The notes below the pieces were generated by a model, which saw only the letters and a program-made list of their open reading frames with translations, ran no database searches and had not been told where the DNA came from. A program made the translations under genes and the position numbers. 64,000 nucleotides of DNA from Deltaproteobacteria bacterium (GTDB taxonomy: Bacteria > Myxococcota > Kuafuiibacteriia > Kuafuiibacteriales > Kuafuiibacteriaceae), in contig JAVJQW010000022.1 in NCBI GenBank assembly GCA_040218735.1, forward strand, positions 96,001 to 160,000, written 5' to 3'. Positions 29,726-39,740 of this stretch are shown here, piece by piece; position 1 is the first letter of the stretch, and each line of letters starts with the position of its first letter.

Positions 29726-29757
29726 CCGTGGGTTGCCGGCACCGCCCCTCATGTTCA
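29726..29757 (-). promoter_or_regulatory. Putative ECF sigma autoregulatory promoter (copy 2)
   Basis: TGAACA-N9-GTGCCGGCAACCCACGG about 50 bp upstream of the sigma start. Confidence 0.7.
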
Positions 29758-29783
29758 CGGCCGGGGCGATTTTTTTCGACCCG

Positions 29784-30683
29784 TCAGTAGAGCGCGACCT
29801 GGACCCCGACGGTCGCGAAGGGAACGACCGGCCCGCTGACCCACCCCGCACCCGAATACCCAGGCGGGACGGCCACTTGCACGGAGGGGACCCGGAGCTG
29901 CGCGCCGGCCGCCGCGCGGAAGAAGAGGCGGTCACGCCACACCTCGAGCTCGAGCGCGCCGCCGACCCGCACCAGCGCCTCCCAAGCGACGACGCGCTGC
30001 GTCGGCGCGAGATCGGCGAACGTGAGGGGCTCCGCCTCGGCCGTGACCCGCTGCGCCCCGACCCGCACCGCGCCGCGCACCCGCACGACCGTCCACTGCG
30101 CGAACGTCCATGCGCCGTCGAGTCCGAGCGCCAGGGCCTCGGCGTCGCCGGCGATCCCGGTGCTCTCGCGTCGGCAACACACGTGGCCGACCGCGCCGCC
30201 GACGACGGCGAGCGAAGCGCGTCCGATGTCGACGCCGACGCCGAGCTCGAGGCCGAGCTGCGGTTGTCGAGGCCGCCACCACAGCGTCGTGAGCACGTCG
30301 GTCGTCAGGTGCACGCCGAACGTCCTCGGCGCGGGCGGGAGCTCGAAGGGTTCGTCGAGCGCGCGCACCGTCGCCACCGCGCGCGTGGTGAGGAGCGTGG
30401 CGACGCGGAGCGCCTGCTCAGGTTGGCCGGACGGCACGCGGCGCTCGGCGAGCGTGGCGTCGACCGTCGACACCCGGACGAGGAACGTGTCGGCGACGCG
30501 GCGGACGACGACACGCACGCGCGCGAGCCCCGCGCGGGTGAACTCGACGTCACCGATCTCCAGGCTCAACGCACGCGTGAGTGCCTCGGAACGAGAACCG
30601 GCATCGACGGCGATCGAAATTGGGGCGGCGATCGCGGGTGTCGCGAAGCAGAGCGACAGCAGTGTCCCGAAAACGAACCGCAC
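29784..30683 (-). CDS. Hypothetical secreted protein, possibly with a C-terminal beta-barrel-like region
   Basis: Signal peptide VRFVFGTLLSLCFATPAIA and amphipathic beta-strand-like C-terminal half ending in Tyr. Co-oriented upstream of the ECF module. Confidence 0.6.
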   Translation of the reverse strand: MRFVFGTLLSLCFATPAIAAPISIAVDAGSRSEALTRALSLEIGDVEFTRAGLARVRVVVRRVADTFLVRVSTVDATLAERRVPSGQPEQALRVATLLTTRAVATVRALDEPFELPPAPRTFGVHLTTDVLTTLWWRPRQPQLGLELGVGVDIGRASLAVVGGAVGHVCCRRESTGIAGDAEALALGLDGAWTFAQWTVVRVRGAVRVGAQRVTAEAEPLTFADLAPTQRVVAWEALVRVGGALELEVWRDRLFFRAAAGAQLRVPSVQVAVPPGYSGAGWVSGPVVPFATVGVQVALY

Positions 30684-30743
30684 CGTGTCGCGCCTTTTAA
30701 CACTCACTCGAAGATCGAGCGCACTCGTCCGAAGAAACGATTG

Positions 30744-31052
30744 ATGCGGATCGCTTCGTCCACTGCCGCGCTCGTCAAGCCGCCCTGCGAGGACTGCGGT
30801 CCTCACGGCGCCAAAGCCAAGGAGGAGCGGGCCCTCGAAGAGATCAAGAACGACAAGGCGATCGAGCGCGTCCGCGAGAAGCGCACCGAGCAGTCGGAGG
30901 GCGTGGCGCCCGCGACCGCGGCGGAGGCCTCGGCGGCCCTCGCCTCCCTGACGCGCGAGGACAGCGTCGAGCCGACGGTCAGCGCGGGCCAGGTCGAGTC
31001 GGCGTACCGTCCGGAGGAGACGCAGGCGGACTCGTTCTCGACCGTCGCCTGA
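30744..31052 (+). CDS. Small hypothetical protein with CxxC motif
   Basis: MRIASSTAALVKPPCEDCGPH..., 102 aa, GC-rich third positions like neighbouring genes. Confidence 0.55.
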   Translation: MRIASSTAALVKPPCEDCGPHGAKAKEERALEEIKNDKAIERVREKRTEQSEGVAPATAAEASAALASLTREDSVEPTVSAGQVESAYRPEETQADSFSTVA

Positions 31053-31058
31053 GCAGCA

Positions 31059-32032
31059 GCGTGTGTCAGGTCGCCGGGAGGGGAGTGCCCAGGAACGGCT
31101 GCGCTTTTGGCGTCGGCCGGGGACGCTCTTCCGGTCAGAAGCCGTTCGTCTCGCCGGGTGTGGCCCCTTCACTTCGCTGACTGCCCAGGCGGGCGAGCCG
31201 AACTGATTCCCTCCAGGGCGTCCCCGTCCGCCGCCATCGCTCCGCCTGTCGAGTTTGCCGCTCACCAGCGATCCAATGAATGGAGTGACCCGGGGGAGCT
31301 TCGACCCAACGCACCGCAGATGCGACGCGCTGCCCAGGCGCCCACTCCGCTTTCGACATCGGGCGCGGCGACCTCGGTTCGGCTTGCCGGGCGACCGTCC
31401 GGCGCGGAGATCGCGCTGCGACGCTCGGCAGTACCTGGGTGCGTCGGCGGGGCGGTCCGGCTGTCGGAATCGCCGCGCCCGATGTCTGCGCTCCGCTCGA
31501 CGAGTTGCCTGATTCCAACGCGTGCATCGGCGCGATCTAGCGCCAGTACGAGATCACGATCGAGAAGGCGCCGGGCTCGGGCAACGTGAATAGCGGAGCG
31601 CAGGCGGCGGGCGCGCCGATTCCGAAAGCCGAGCCGCTCCGCCGTGGGCGACAGGCCTTGCCGATCGACGGCGATGGGGTCTCCGCGTCGAACGGACGCC
31701 CACCTCGCCGAACCGAGGTCGGCGTGCCCGCCGCCGGAGCGGAGCGATCACCTGGGCAACGTGTCGAACGAGCACAATCGGTGGAACGAGGCGCCCCGGG
31801 TCACCCACCTCATCGGATGGCCGAGCGAAGGCAACTCGACACGCGGAGCGCAGGCGGCGGGCGGGGACCTCTCCGTAGGGAATCAGTTCGGCTCGCCCGC
31901 CTCGGTCATCAGCGAAGCCGAGGGGCCCCACCCGGCGAGACGAACGGCTTCTGACCGGAGGGGAGGTCCCCGGCCGTCGCCAAACGCGAAGCCGGACCTG
32001 GGCACTCCCCCCCGCGGCGATCCGACAAACGC
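31059..32032. repeat. ~970-bp imperfect palindrome (long inverted repeat centred at ~31545)
   Basis: Arms align end to end by eye. Perfect 31-bp block 31130-31160 vs 31929-31959; apex GATCT (31534) pairs with AGATC (31551). Confidence 0.9.
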
Positions 32033-32034
32033 CC

Positions 32035-33423
32035 CTAGCTGTACGTCCGGCCGCGCTTGATGAACTGGCCGCGGCCCGGCTTCGCGAGGAAGGTGTTGTT
32101 CTCGACGACCTTGTCGCCGCGCGAGAGGACGCAGCGCGGGCCGCCCTTGACGACCTTCCCGGGGAACGCCGCGTAGTCGACCTTCATGTGGAGGTTCTCG
32201 AGCGACAGCTCCATCTCGCGCTCGGGATCCCACACCACGATGTCGGCGTCGGAGCCGATACCGATGCAGCCCTTCCGCGGGTACATGCCGAAGATCTTCG
32301 CGGGCGCCGTGGACGTGATCTCCACGAAGCGGTTCCGCGAGATCTCCCCGCGCTGCACGCCCTCCCAGAGGAGGTACAGGCGCGTCTCGATGCCGGGCAT
32401 GCCGTTCGGGATCTTCGCGAAGCTGTCCTTGCCGAGCTCCTTCTGCCCCTTCATGCAGAACGGGCAGTGGTCGGTCGCCACGACCTGCAGGTCGTAGTTC
32501 CGAAGGCCACGCCACAGGTGCTCGTGGTGGTGCTTCGGGCGAAGCGGCGGCGTGCAGACGTACTTCGCGCCGTCGAACTCGTTGCCCTCCGTCCCTCGCA
32601 GCGCGTCCTCGTCGAGGAACAGGTACTGCGGGCACGTCTCGGCGTACGTCATCAGCCCGCGGTCACGCGCTTCCGCGACCTTCTCCAACGCACGCTGCGC
32701 CGACAGGTGCACGATGTACACCGGCACGTTCGCCATCTCCGCCAACGCGATCGCGCGCTCCGTGCCGGTCGCCTCTGCGACCTCGGGGCGGGTGAGGGCG
32801 TGGTAGATCGGCGCCGTCTTCCCCTCCGCGAGCGCGCGCTCGATCAACACGTCGAGCGGCGCGCCCGTCTCGGCGTGCATCGTCACCAGCGCGTCGATCT
32901 CCGACGCCCGCAGCATCGCGCGGAAGATCTTGTCGTCCTCCAGCAGGAACACGCCGGGGTACGCCATGAACATCTTGAAGCTCGTGACACCCTCGTCGCA
33001 GATCGACTTCATCGCCTCCAGCTCGCTCGGCGGTACGTCCGTCGCGATCATGTGGAAGCCGTAGTCGACGCCGGCCTTGCCCTCGGCCTTGCCGTGCCAC
33101 GTATCGAGCGCCTCCTTCAGCGTGCCGCCCTTCTTCTGGATCGCGAAGTCGACGATCGAGGTCGTCCCGCCGCACGCCGCGGCGATCGTGCCGCTCTCGA
33201 AGTCGTCCACCGAGGACGTCCCGCCGAACGGCATGTCGAGGTGCGTGTGGGCGTCGATGCCGCCCGGGAACACGTAGCACCCGGTGGCGTCGATCGTCTC
33301 CGCGTCCGCAGGCCCGGTGCCGGGCTGAATGATGCCGGTGATCTTGTCCCCGTCGATGATGACGTCGGCCGCGTACTCGTCCGACGCGGTGAGCACGGTT
33401 CCACCTACGATCTTCTTGGTCAC
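32035..33423 (-). CDS. hydA: Dihydropyrimidinase (D-hydantoinase)
   Basis: PGGIDAHTH, GVTSFKMFMAY, HAE, VHLS, ETCPQYL, ATDHCPF and IPNGMPG motifs. Confidence 0.95.
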   Translation of the reverse strand: MTKKIVGGTVLTASDEYAADVIIDGDKITGIIQPGTGPADAETIDATGCYVFPGGIDAHTHLDMPFGGTSSVDDFESGTIAAACGGTTSIVDFAIQKKGGTLKEALDTWHGKAEGKAGVDYGFHMIATDVPPSELEAMKSICDEGVTSFKMFMAYPGVFLLEDDKIFRAMLRASEIDALVTMHAETGAPLDVLIERALAEGKTAPIYHALTRPEVAEATGTERAIALAEMANVPVYIVHLSAQRALEKVAEARDRGLMTYAETCPQYLFLDEDALRGTEGNEFDGAKYVCTPPLRPKHHHEHLWRGLRNYDLQVVATDHCPFCMKGQKELGKDSFAKIPNGMPGIETRLYLLWEGVQRGEISRNRFVEITSTAPAKIFGMYPRKGCIGIGSDADIVVWDPEREMELSLENLHMKVDYAAFPGKVVKGGPRCVLSRGDKVVENNTFLAKPGRGQFIKRGRTYS

Positions 33424-33460
33424 TCGATGTCCTCCTCGGCCGACGACGTCGGCCCCCCTC

Positions 33461-34453
33461 TCAAAGCTTGCCCAGCGACTGCAGCACCCGATCGATCTCG
33501 TCGAGCGCGAGGTCCGCCGCGGACGAAGACGGCGGCGGCGTCACCCCCGGCGGGGGCGAGACGGGCGCGCCCGGCACGATCGTCGGCAGGTGGCTCTCAC
33601 CCGGATGCAGCTTGAAGTCGTGGTCGGTGATCGGCTCGTCGGTCGGCAACCCGAGGTTCGACGCGACCTGCCGCAGCAAGTCCTCGCCGATCGTCTCCTC
33701 GCGCGACAGCGCCCCCTCCAGGAGCGCGTTGTCGCAGACCGTGTTGATCAAACGCGGCACGCCACCCGACGCCTTGTGGATCAGGTTCATCGCCCCGCGG
33801 TCGAAGATCTGCCGCGGCGAGCCCGCCATCCGCAGGCGGTGCCGTGTGTACGACTCCGTGGAAGCGAGGTCGAACGGCTGCAGCCGCACCCGAAGCGCCA
33901 CGCGCTGCGCGAGCGGCGGGTCCTGCTTCAGGTTGTCCTCGATCTCCGGCAGCCCGAAGAAGACGAATGACAGCAGCTTCCGCTCCGGGACCTCCAGGTT
34001 GAGCAGCCCGCGGAACTCCTCCATGAGCTCCTGCGTGTCGAGCATCTGGGCCTCGTCGATCAGGACGACGGCCTTCTTCCCGGACTCGTAGATCTCGACC
34101 AGGCGCCGGTACAGCTGCGACAGCAGCACCAGCTTGTCCTTGTCCGGAGCCTCCACGCCGAGCTGGATGGCGATGCGCCGGAGCAGCCAGTCCGACGTGA
34201 TGTCGCGGTGGATGATGACGAGGAGCGCGGCCTCGTACTCCTTCTCGTCGAGGGCGTCGAGGAGGCGGCGGGCGAGGGTGGTCTTCCCGGCGCCGATGTC
34301 GCCGACCAGGATCGCGAGCCCCTTCATCGCGTTGAGCGAGAACATGAGCCGGACGAGCGCTTGGCTGTGCTGAGCGGAGTCGTAATAGAACCGGCTGACC
34401 GGCGCGTTCGAGAAGGGTTCTTGGTTCAGCTCGTAGAAGTCGAGGTAGTCCAT
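33461..34453 (-). CDS. ExeA-family AAA ATPase
   Basis: GDIGAGKTT, LIDEAQ and SGGVPRLINTVCDNALL motifs. Confidence 0.88.
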   Translation of the reverse strand: MDYLDFYELNQEPFSNAPVSRFYYDSAQHSQALVRLMFSLNAMKGLAILVGDIGAGKTTLARRLLDALDEKEYEAALLVIIHRDITSDWLLRRIAIQLGVEAPDKDKLVLLSQLYRRLVEIYESGKKAVVLIDEAQMLDTQELMEEFRGLLNLEVPERKLLSFVFFGLPEIEDNLKQDPPLAQRVALRVRLQPFDLASTESYTRHRLRMAGSPRQIFDRGAMNLIHKASGGVPRLINTVCDNALLEGALSREETIGEDLLRQVASNLGLPTDEPITDHDFKLHPGESHLPTIVPGAPVSPPPGVTPPPSSSAADLALDEIDRVLQSLGKL

Positions 34454-34515
34454 TCAGAGCCCGCGGAGCGCGGCCACTCTCTTATTCGTTCGGCCGAGTG
34501 TCAAACCCTGGCGCC

Positions 34516-37500
34516 CTACAAGTACGAGATCTTGTTCTTCTTCGGGGCCGGATCGTCTTCCGGGCCATCCGACGTGTAGACGCCGTTCGACGGGATGTCG
34601 GTCGAAAGACTCACACCCATTTCGCGCAGACGGTCGCCGACGCCGCGGTGGTCCGGGTCGTCGCGCGCACAGTCGTAGAACCACTGGACCGCCTCGTCGA
34701 GCGCGCCGGCCTCTGCGTGGGCGGCGCCGATCTCGTACTTGAGGTTCACCCGCGCGGGGCCCTCGGCGCCCGCGTCCATCGCCATCGTGAAGTAGTCGAT
34801 GGCGCGCTCGGGCTCGTTCTTGTCCATGAAACACAGCCCGATCATCTCGAGCGACGTGATGCGTCGACGCTCCGAGCCGAGCGCGCCCTCGAATTCGCGG
34901 ATCGCGTCGTCGGTGCGCCCGAGCTCCTTGAATGCCATGCCCTGGTCGTAGTGGTCCTCGGCGGTCGTCTCGTCGTCGGCCGACCCCGCGGAGAGCGCGC
35001 CGAAGGCGTCGTCGAGCTCGTCGCCGCCGATGTCGCCGCCTGCGGCGAAGGCGTCGGCGGGCTCGTCGTCCGACGCATCGAAGGGGCCGCCCCCGGTGAC
35101 GTCGTCGATGTCGTCGTCCGCGATGTCGATCGGGCTCGCGTCCAAGCGATCGAGGGTCTCGTCCTCGACGTCGTCGTCGTCGTCGGCGGGGATCGACGCG
35201 AGCATCTCCTCGGCGCGCGCGTACCCCGGCGACTTGTTCAGCACCGCCTGGATCGCCTCGCGCGCCTCCGAGTACAGCTCGGTCTGCAGGAGGAACTCGG
35301 CTTCGTCGAGCTCGTCCTCGAGGTCCTCGTCGACCTCGGACGCGGCTTCCTCCGCCTTGGGCGTGGCTTCCTCCGCCTCCGGAGGATCGTCGAGGTACAG
35401 CTCGTCATCGTCGTCGTCCGGGAGGAGCGATGCGTCGGTGGAGGGCTCGTCCGTGAACTCCGGCTCCACGCGCTCACGGAGGCCGACCGGGGACGCCAAC
35501 GACAGCGCCTCGAGGTCCTCGGGGAGCGCCGCCTGCGTGACGCCTTCGTCGCCCCCCTCCCACGGCGCCTCGTTGTCCGCCATCTCCTCGCTCAGGATCA
35601 GCGGGTGCCGATCGGTGACGTTCTTGACGGGCGTCTCGGTCGGCTCGTCGAGGCTCACCACCTGCGAGTTCGTGACGAGCGGAATGTCGTCCGACATCGA
35701 GCTCGGCGCAGGGATGATCAGATCCTCGCTGTGCGCCGATGGCGGGAGCTGGAGCGCCGCCGGCTCGTCGGGCGGCTCCGGCATGTCGTCGAAGCCGGAG
35801 AAGTCGGGCGCTTCGTCGATTAGCGGCACGCCGCGCTGGAACGCCGCGACGCCCTCCTCGGAGATGTCGACCTCGAACTCGGAGCTGTCCTCCATGATGT
35901 CGATGGAGTCGAGGTCCTCTTCGTGGAGCGGAGCCGGGATCGCGCCGGGTAGCCCGCCCGCGACGAGCGGGTGTCCGGGGGCGAGCGCGCGGAGATCTTC
36001 GCGCGCGGCGCTCAACGCGTCGACGTCGCCGCGCCGCGCGTGGATGTGCAGGACGTTGGCGATCGCCTCGGCGGCGCGCGCGTTGCTGCCCATCGAGACG
36101 TAGATGTCGCGCATCTTGTAGTAGGCACCGACGTTGTCCGGGTCGATGTCGAAGATCGCCCGCAGGTGGTCCAACGCTTTTTCGCGGAGGCCGTACTTGA
36201 TGTAGACGTCCGTCTCCGTGAGCACCTTGCCGATCTGGTCTCGGTCCGGCCCCGGCGAAGCCACGGCCCGCGCGGGGGGCGCCGTGGGAACCGCATCGAC
36301 GTAGAGCTCTTCGGGCTCGTCGAGGATCAGGACCTCGTCGTCGCTCGGCACCGCGACGTCCGTCGGCGGGAACCGCGCGGGCGGCTCCATCGACGGGCGC
36401 GGCGCGAGGGATGGCGCCATCGCGTCGGGCGCCATCACGTCGGGCATGGACGGCGGCGCCGGGCGCGGCGCCAGCGAGGGCGCGAACGACGGCGCGGAGG
36501 AGGGCATCAGGCTCGGTGCGTCGATGAGCTGCGCCTCGTGCAACACCTCCGGCTCCTCGATGGGTGCGGGCGTGAAGATCGGCTCCTCGAACGTGGGCGC
36601 GGGCGGCGCGGCGTCGGGGTGCGGCGTGCCGTCGAGGCCGAGCGCGTTGCGCGCTTCGGCGTCGTTCGGGTCGACCTCCAGGATCATCTGGCGCACGCCT
36701 TGCGCATCTTCCGGTCGGCCGGCTTCGTCGTAGATCCGCGCGAGCTCGCGGTACACGAAGACGGTCTTTTGCGTCTGCCCGAGATCGTTGAACGCCTGCG
36801 CGAGGAGGCGAAGGGTCTCGATGTCGCGCGGGTTCGCCTTGAAACACAGCTGCAGCTTCGCGAGGCCGCGCTTGGTGTCGCCGCGCTGCAGGTAGAGCTT
36901 CGCGAGGTCCATCACGATCGCGAGGCGGTTGGGCGCGTGGTAGACGAGGCGCTCCGCGACCTTGATGTAGTCGTCGATGCGCGCTTGCCCCTTGAGGATC
37001 TCCGCCGCGCGCTCGAACTGCTCGGCGGCCTTGTCGGTCATGCCCTCGCGCGAGTAGCTCTCCGCGAGCTTGATACGCGACGCGACGTTCTCGGTGTCGA
37101 GCTCGACCATCCGCTCGAGCACCTCGAGCGATTGTTTGGTCTCCCCCAGGTCGTCGTGGATGGAGGCCGCGACCTGGTACTGCTGCATCGCCTCGGATTG
37201 GAGGCCGAGGTGCTCGTACAGCTCCGCGAGCTTGAGGGTGACCGCGAGGTGCTTCGGCTCGTGTTTGAGGATCTGTTTGTAGACCGCGACGGCCTTCAGG
37301 AAGAAACCTTGCTCACTGTAGGACTCGGCGACCTGTTTGTAGACCTTGGTCGCGTTCTCGCGGTCGCCCTTCTTGGAGTAGACGTCGCCCAGCTTGAGCA
37401 GCGTACGCACGTCGCTCGGGTCGTCGGCGACGAGCTTCTGCAGCTCTTTGATCGCCCGATCCCATTGGCCCTTCGCGATGTACTTCTGGGCCGAGCTGAT

Positions 37501-37521
37501 GATTTTGTTCTTGTTGGCCAC
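34516..37521 (-). CDS. sgmX: SgmX-like TPR protein (type IV pilus activator in myxobacteria)
   Basis: N-terminal TPR array (NKNKII..KG.WDRAIKE..VAESYSEQGFFLKAVAVYKQIL), middle ETDVYIKYGL, acidic linker, C-terminal TPRs and KNKISYL end. Followed by an ExeA-like ATPase. Confidence 0.75.
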   Translation of the reverse strand: MANKNKIISSAQKYIAKGQWDRAIKELQKLVADDPSDVRTLLKLGDVYSKKGDRENATKVYKQVAESYSEQGFFLKAVAVYKQILKHEPKHLAVTLKLAELYEHLGLQSEAMQQYQVAASIHDDLGETKQSLEVLERMVELDTENVASRIKLAESYSREGMTDKAAEQFERAAEILKGQARIDDYIKVAERLVYHAPNRLAIVMDLAKLYLQRGDTKRGLAKLQLCFKANPRDIETLRLLAQAFNDLGQTQKTVFVYRELARIYDEAGRPEDAQGVRQMILEVDPNDAEARNALGLDGTPHPDAAPPAPTFEEPIFTPAPIEEPEVLHEAQLIDAPSLMPSSAPSFAPSLAPRPAPPSMPDVMAPDAMAPSLAPRPSMEPPARFPPTDVAVPSDDEVLILDEPEELYVDAVPTAPPARAVASPGPDRDQIGKVLTETDVYIKYGLREKALDHLRAIFDIDPDNVGAYYKMRDIYVSMGSNARAAEAIANVLHIHARRGDVDALSAAREDLRALAPGHPLVAGGLPGAIPAPLHEEDLDSIDIMEDSSEFEVDISEEGVAAFQRGVPLIDEAPDFSGFDDMPEPPDEPAALQLPPSAHSEDLIIPAPSSMSDDIPLVTNSQVVSLDEPTETPVKNVTDRHPLILSEEMADNEAPWEGGDEGVTQAALPEDLEALSLASPVGLRERVEPEFTDEPSTDASLLPDDDDDELYLDDPPEAEEATPKAEEAASEVDEDLEDELDEAEFLLQTELYSEAREAIQAVLNKSPGYARAEEMLASIPADDDDDVEDETLDRLDASPIDIADDDIDDVTGGGPFDASDDEPADAFAAGGDIGGDELDDAFGALSAGSADDETTAEDHYDQGMAFKELGRTDDAIREFEGALGSERRRITSLEMIGLCFMDKNEPERAIDYFTMAMDAGAEGPARVNLKYEIGAAHAEAGALDEAVQWFYDCARDDPDHRGVGDRLREMGVSLSTDIPSNGVYTSDGPEDDPAPKKNKISYL

Positions 37522-37611
37522 GCGCCTACCGAGTCGTTCTTCGGCGACCGCCGAGTATAGCGTCGGGCCCAGTGTGCCACAAACGCTCCGTAGTTCCGCA
37601 AATCGGCGAGA

Positions 37612-38661
37612 TCACTCGCGGCCTCTCTCTTCCGGGTGCGCCGAGGGGCCGCGCCCGAGCCTCCAGAACCCGACTAGCACGACGCCGCCAGCCACGGAAA
37701 GAACCGCGAGGATCCAAACCGCGGTCTCACGGGCGCTGATGCACACCAACAGGGCCGCTCCTCCCAGCGCGGCGGTGACGAGGTAGCTCCCGGTCGCGAT
37801 GACGCCGGCGGAGACGCCGTGGTTCCTCAGGCGCACGGCGAAGTGGTCGGGGCTCCCGCGCATCAGGGGGATGCGGCGGACGGCGCGGACCAGCATGACG
37901 AAGAAGGTGTCGAAGATCGGCACGCCGAGGATGATCAGCGGGGCCGCGGCGCCGAGCTCGTGATTGAATGTGTACCGGGGGCTCATGGCCAATGCGCCGA
38001 GCATGAACCCGAGGAACATCGAGCCGGCGTCTCCCAAGTAGATTCGGGCGGGCGGGCGGTTGTATGCGAGAAAACCCACCGTCGCGCCGACGAGGGCGAG
38101 GGTCAGCATCGCGATCGTGGTGTGACCGTTCCAGATCGAAACGATGTACAGGAAGATCCCCGCCACCGAGGCGACGCCGGCGGCGAGGCCGTCCGACACG
38201 TCGATCAGGTTGACGGCGTTCGTCATCCCCACGAGCCAGAATACGGTGAGCCCCAGCGCGAACCAGGGGGGCAGGAACGCGAGGCGGATCATGATGCCGG
38301 CCTTCACCAGCACCAGGGCGGCGACGATCTGACCGAGGAGCTTCACGCCGGGCGTGAGGACCTTGAGGTCGTCGAAGAGCCCGAGCATCACGACGATCGA
38401 CGCGGCGAGGAGGAGCCCGAGGACCTCGCCGGTGAACTCGTACGTGAACGCGAGCGCGAAGAGGAACGCGAGGTAGACCGCGATTCCGCCGAGATACGGC
38501 GTGGGCTCGGTGTGTTTCTTGAGCTTGCCGTCCGGGCGATCGACGACGCCGTAGGCGACGGCGCCCTTGCGGATCACCGGCGTGAAGTAGATCGAGAGGC
38601 CCAGCGCCGCGAGGAAGGCCGCGACGAACCGAAAGGGCCCCAGATCGAGGTTCAGCTCCAC
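37612..38661 (-). CDS. WecA/MraY-family polyprenyl-phosphate sugar-1-phosphate transferase
   Basis: PYLGGIA, GLFDD, NAVNLIDVSDGLA and YLGDAGS motifs; many TM helices. Confidence 0.88.
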   Translation of the reverse strand: MELNLDLGPFRFVAAFLAALGLSIYFTPVIRKGAVAYGVVDRPDGKLKKHTEPTPYLGGIAVYLAFLFALAFTYEFTGEVLGLLLAASIVVMLGLFDDLKVLTPGVKLLGQIVAALVLVKAGIMIRLAFLPPWFALGLTVFWLVGMTNAVNLIDVSDGLAAGVASVAGIFLYIVSIWNGHTTIAMLTLALVGATVGFLAYNRPPARIYLGDAGSMFLGFMLGALAMSPRYTFNHELGAAAPLIILGVPIFDTFFVMLVRAVRRIPLMRGSPDHFAVRLRNHGVSAGVIATGSYLVTAALGGAALLVCISARETAVWILAVLSVAGGVVLVGFWRLGRGPSAHPEERGRE

Positions 38662-38708
38662 GTCCGAGGGGTCTGTACCACCAAAGCCCGTCGCCGGCAG
38701 CTTTGTCG

Positions 38709-39740
38709 TCAGCCGAGGAGCGCCCGGTAGGCGTCGAGCGTGCGGGTCACCATGGCGTCGCGCGTCAGCCCGCGTTCGACGAGGCGTCGCCGGCCGCCCT
38801 CGCCGAGGGTTCGCCGCCGCGCGGGGTCGTCCAGGAGCGCCTCGAGGGCCGCGGCCAGCGCTGCGGGATCCTCCGGAGGGACCAGGAGCCCCGTGACGTC
38901 CGGCTCGACGACCTCGCGCAGCCCCGGCACGTCGGTCCCGACCACGGGTACACCGGCGGCCATCGCCTGCAGCGGGACTTGTGGGAACCCTTCGCTGCGC
39001 GACGGGCACACGACGATGTCGGCGGCGGCGAGGAGGCGCGCGGCGTCCTCGCGCGCCCCGAGCAGCTCGAGCGCGCCGAGGCGGTCGCGTTCGGGGCCGT
39101 CGCCGATCACCGCGACGCGTGCGTTCACCTTCGCCGCGGCGAGCACGTCGAAGCCCTTGATCGGCGCGAGGCGGCCCACGCCGAGGACGAGCTTTTCATC
39201 GTCGCCGACCCCGAGCGCGCGGCGCGCTTCGTCGCGGGCCATCGCGCCGTCGAGGTCCACGAGGCTGGGCGGCGCGACGACGACGTCGACCGGGAGCCCG
39301 GCGAGGGAGGCCTGCACCGAGTCGCTCACGGCTTCGATACGATCGAAGCGCCGCAGCGCGCGGTGCCACAGGGTTCGTTTGAATGTATCGAGCTCGATCC
39401 CGCGGTTGTGCACCGTGGCCATGATGCGCGCGCTCGGTACGAACGGTCGGGCCATCGCGGTCGCGATGTCCGCGACGGCGAGGTGAGAGTGCAGGACGTC
39501 GGGGCGAAACCGCCGCGCGACGTTTGCGATCTTCAGCGGGATCGCGAAGTCGACGCGCGAGCGGATCGACAGCACCGAGACGGGCACGCCGTGCCGGCGC
39601 AGGTTGTCGCGCACCGGACCGCCGCGGGTGGTCGCGACGACGTGGACGTCATGCGCTTCGTGCAACGCGAGCGCGAGGGCTTCGACGATGCGCTCCGCGC
39701 CGCCGTAGCCGAGCCCGTTCGTCACGAGCATCACGCGCAT
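38709..39740 (-). CDS. GT4 glycosyltransferase
   Basis: GGAE, VGRLAPIKG and PSRSEGFP..QAMAAGVPVV motifs. Confidence 0.9.
   Translation of the reverse strand: MRVMLVTNGLGYGGAERIVEALALALHEAHDVHVVATTRGGPVRDNLRRHGVPVSVLSIRSRVDFAIPLKIANVARRFRPDVLHSHLAVADIATAMARPFVPSARIMATVHNRGIELDTFKRTLWHRALRRFDRIEAVSDSVQASLAGLPVDVVVAPPSLVDLDGAMARDEARRALGVGDDEKLVLGVGRLAPIKGFDVLAAAKVNARVAVIGDGPERDRLGALELLGAREDAARLLAAADIVVCPSRSEGFPQVPLQAMAAGVPVVGTDVPGLREVVEPDVTGLLVPPEDPAALAAALEALLDDPARRRTLGEGGRRRLVERGLTRDAMVTRTLDAYRALLG

Noticed and set aside
31107-32060. ORFs inside the giant palindrome sharing RESVRLARLG..PGETNGF
   Set aside because: The similarity follows from the inverted repeat. The arms differ by small indels and the ORFs lack coding-like composition.
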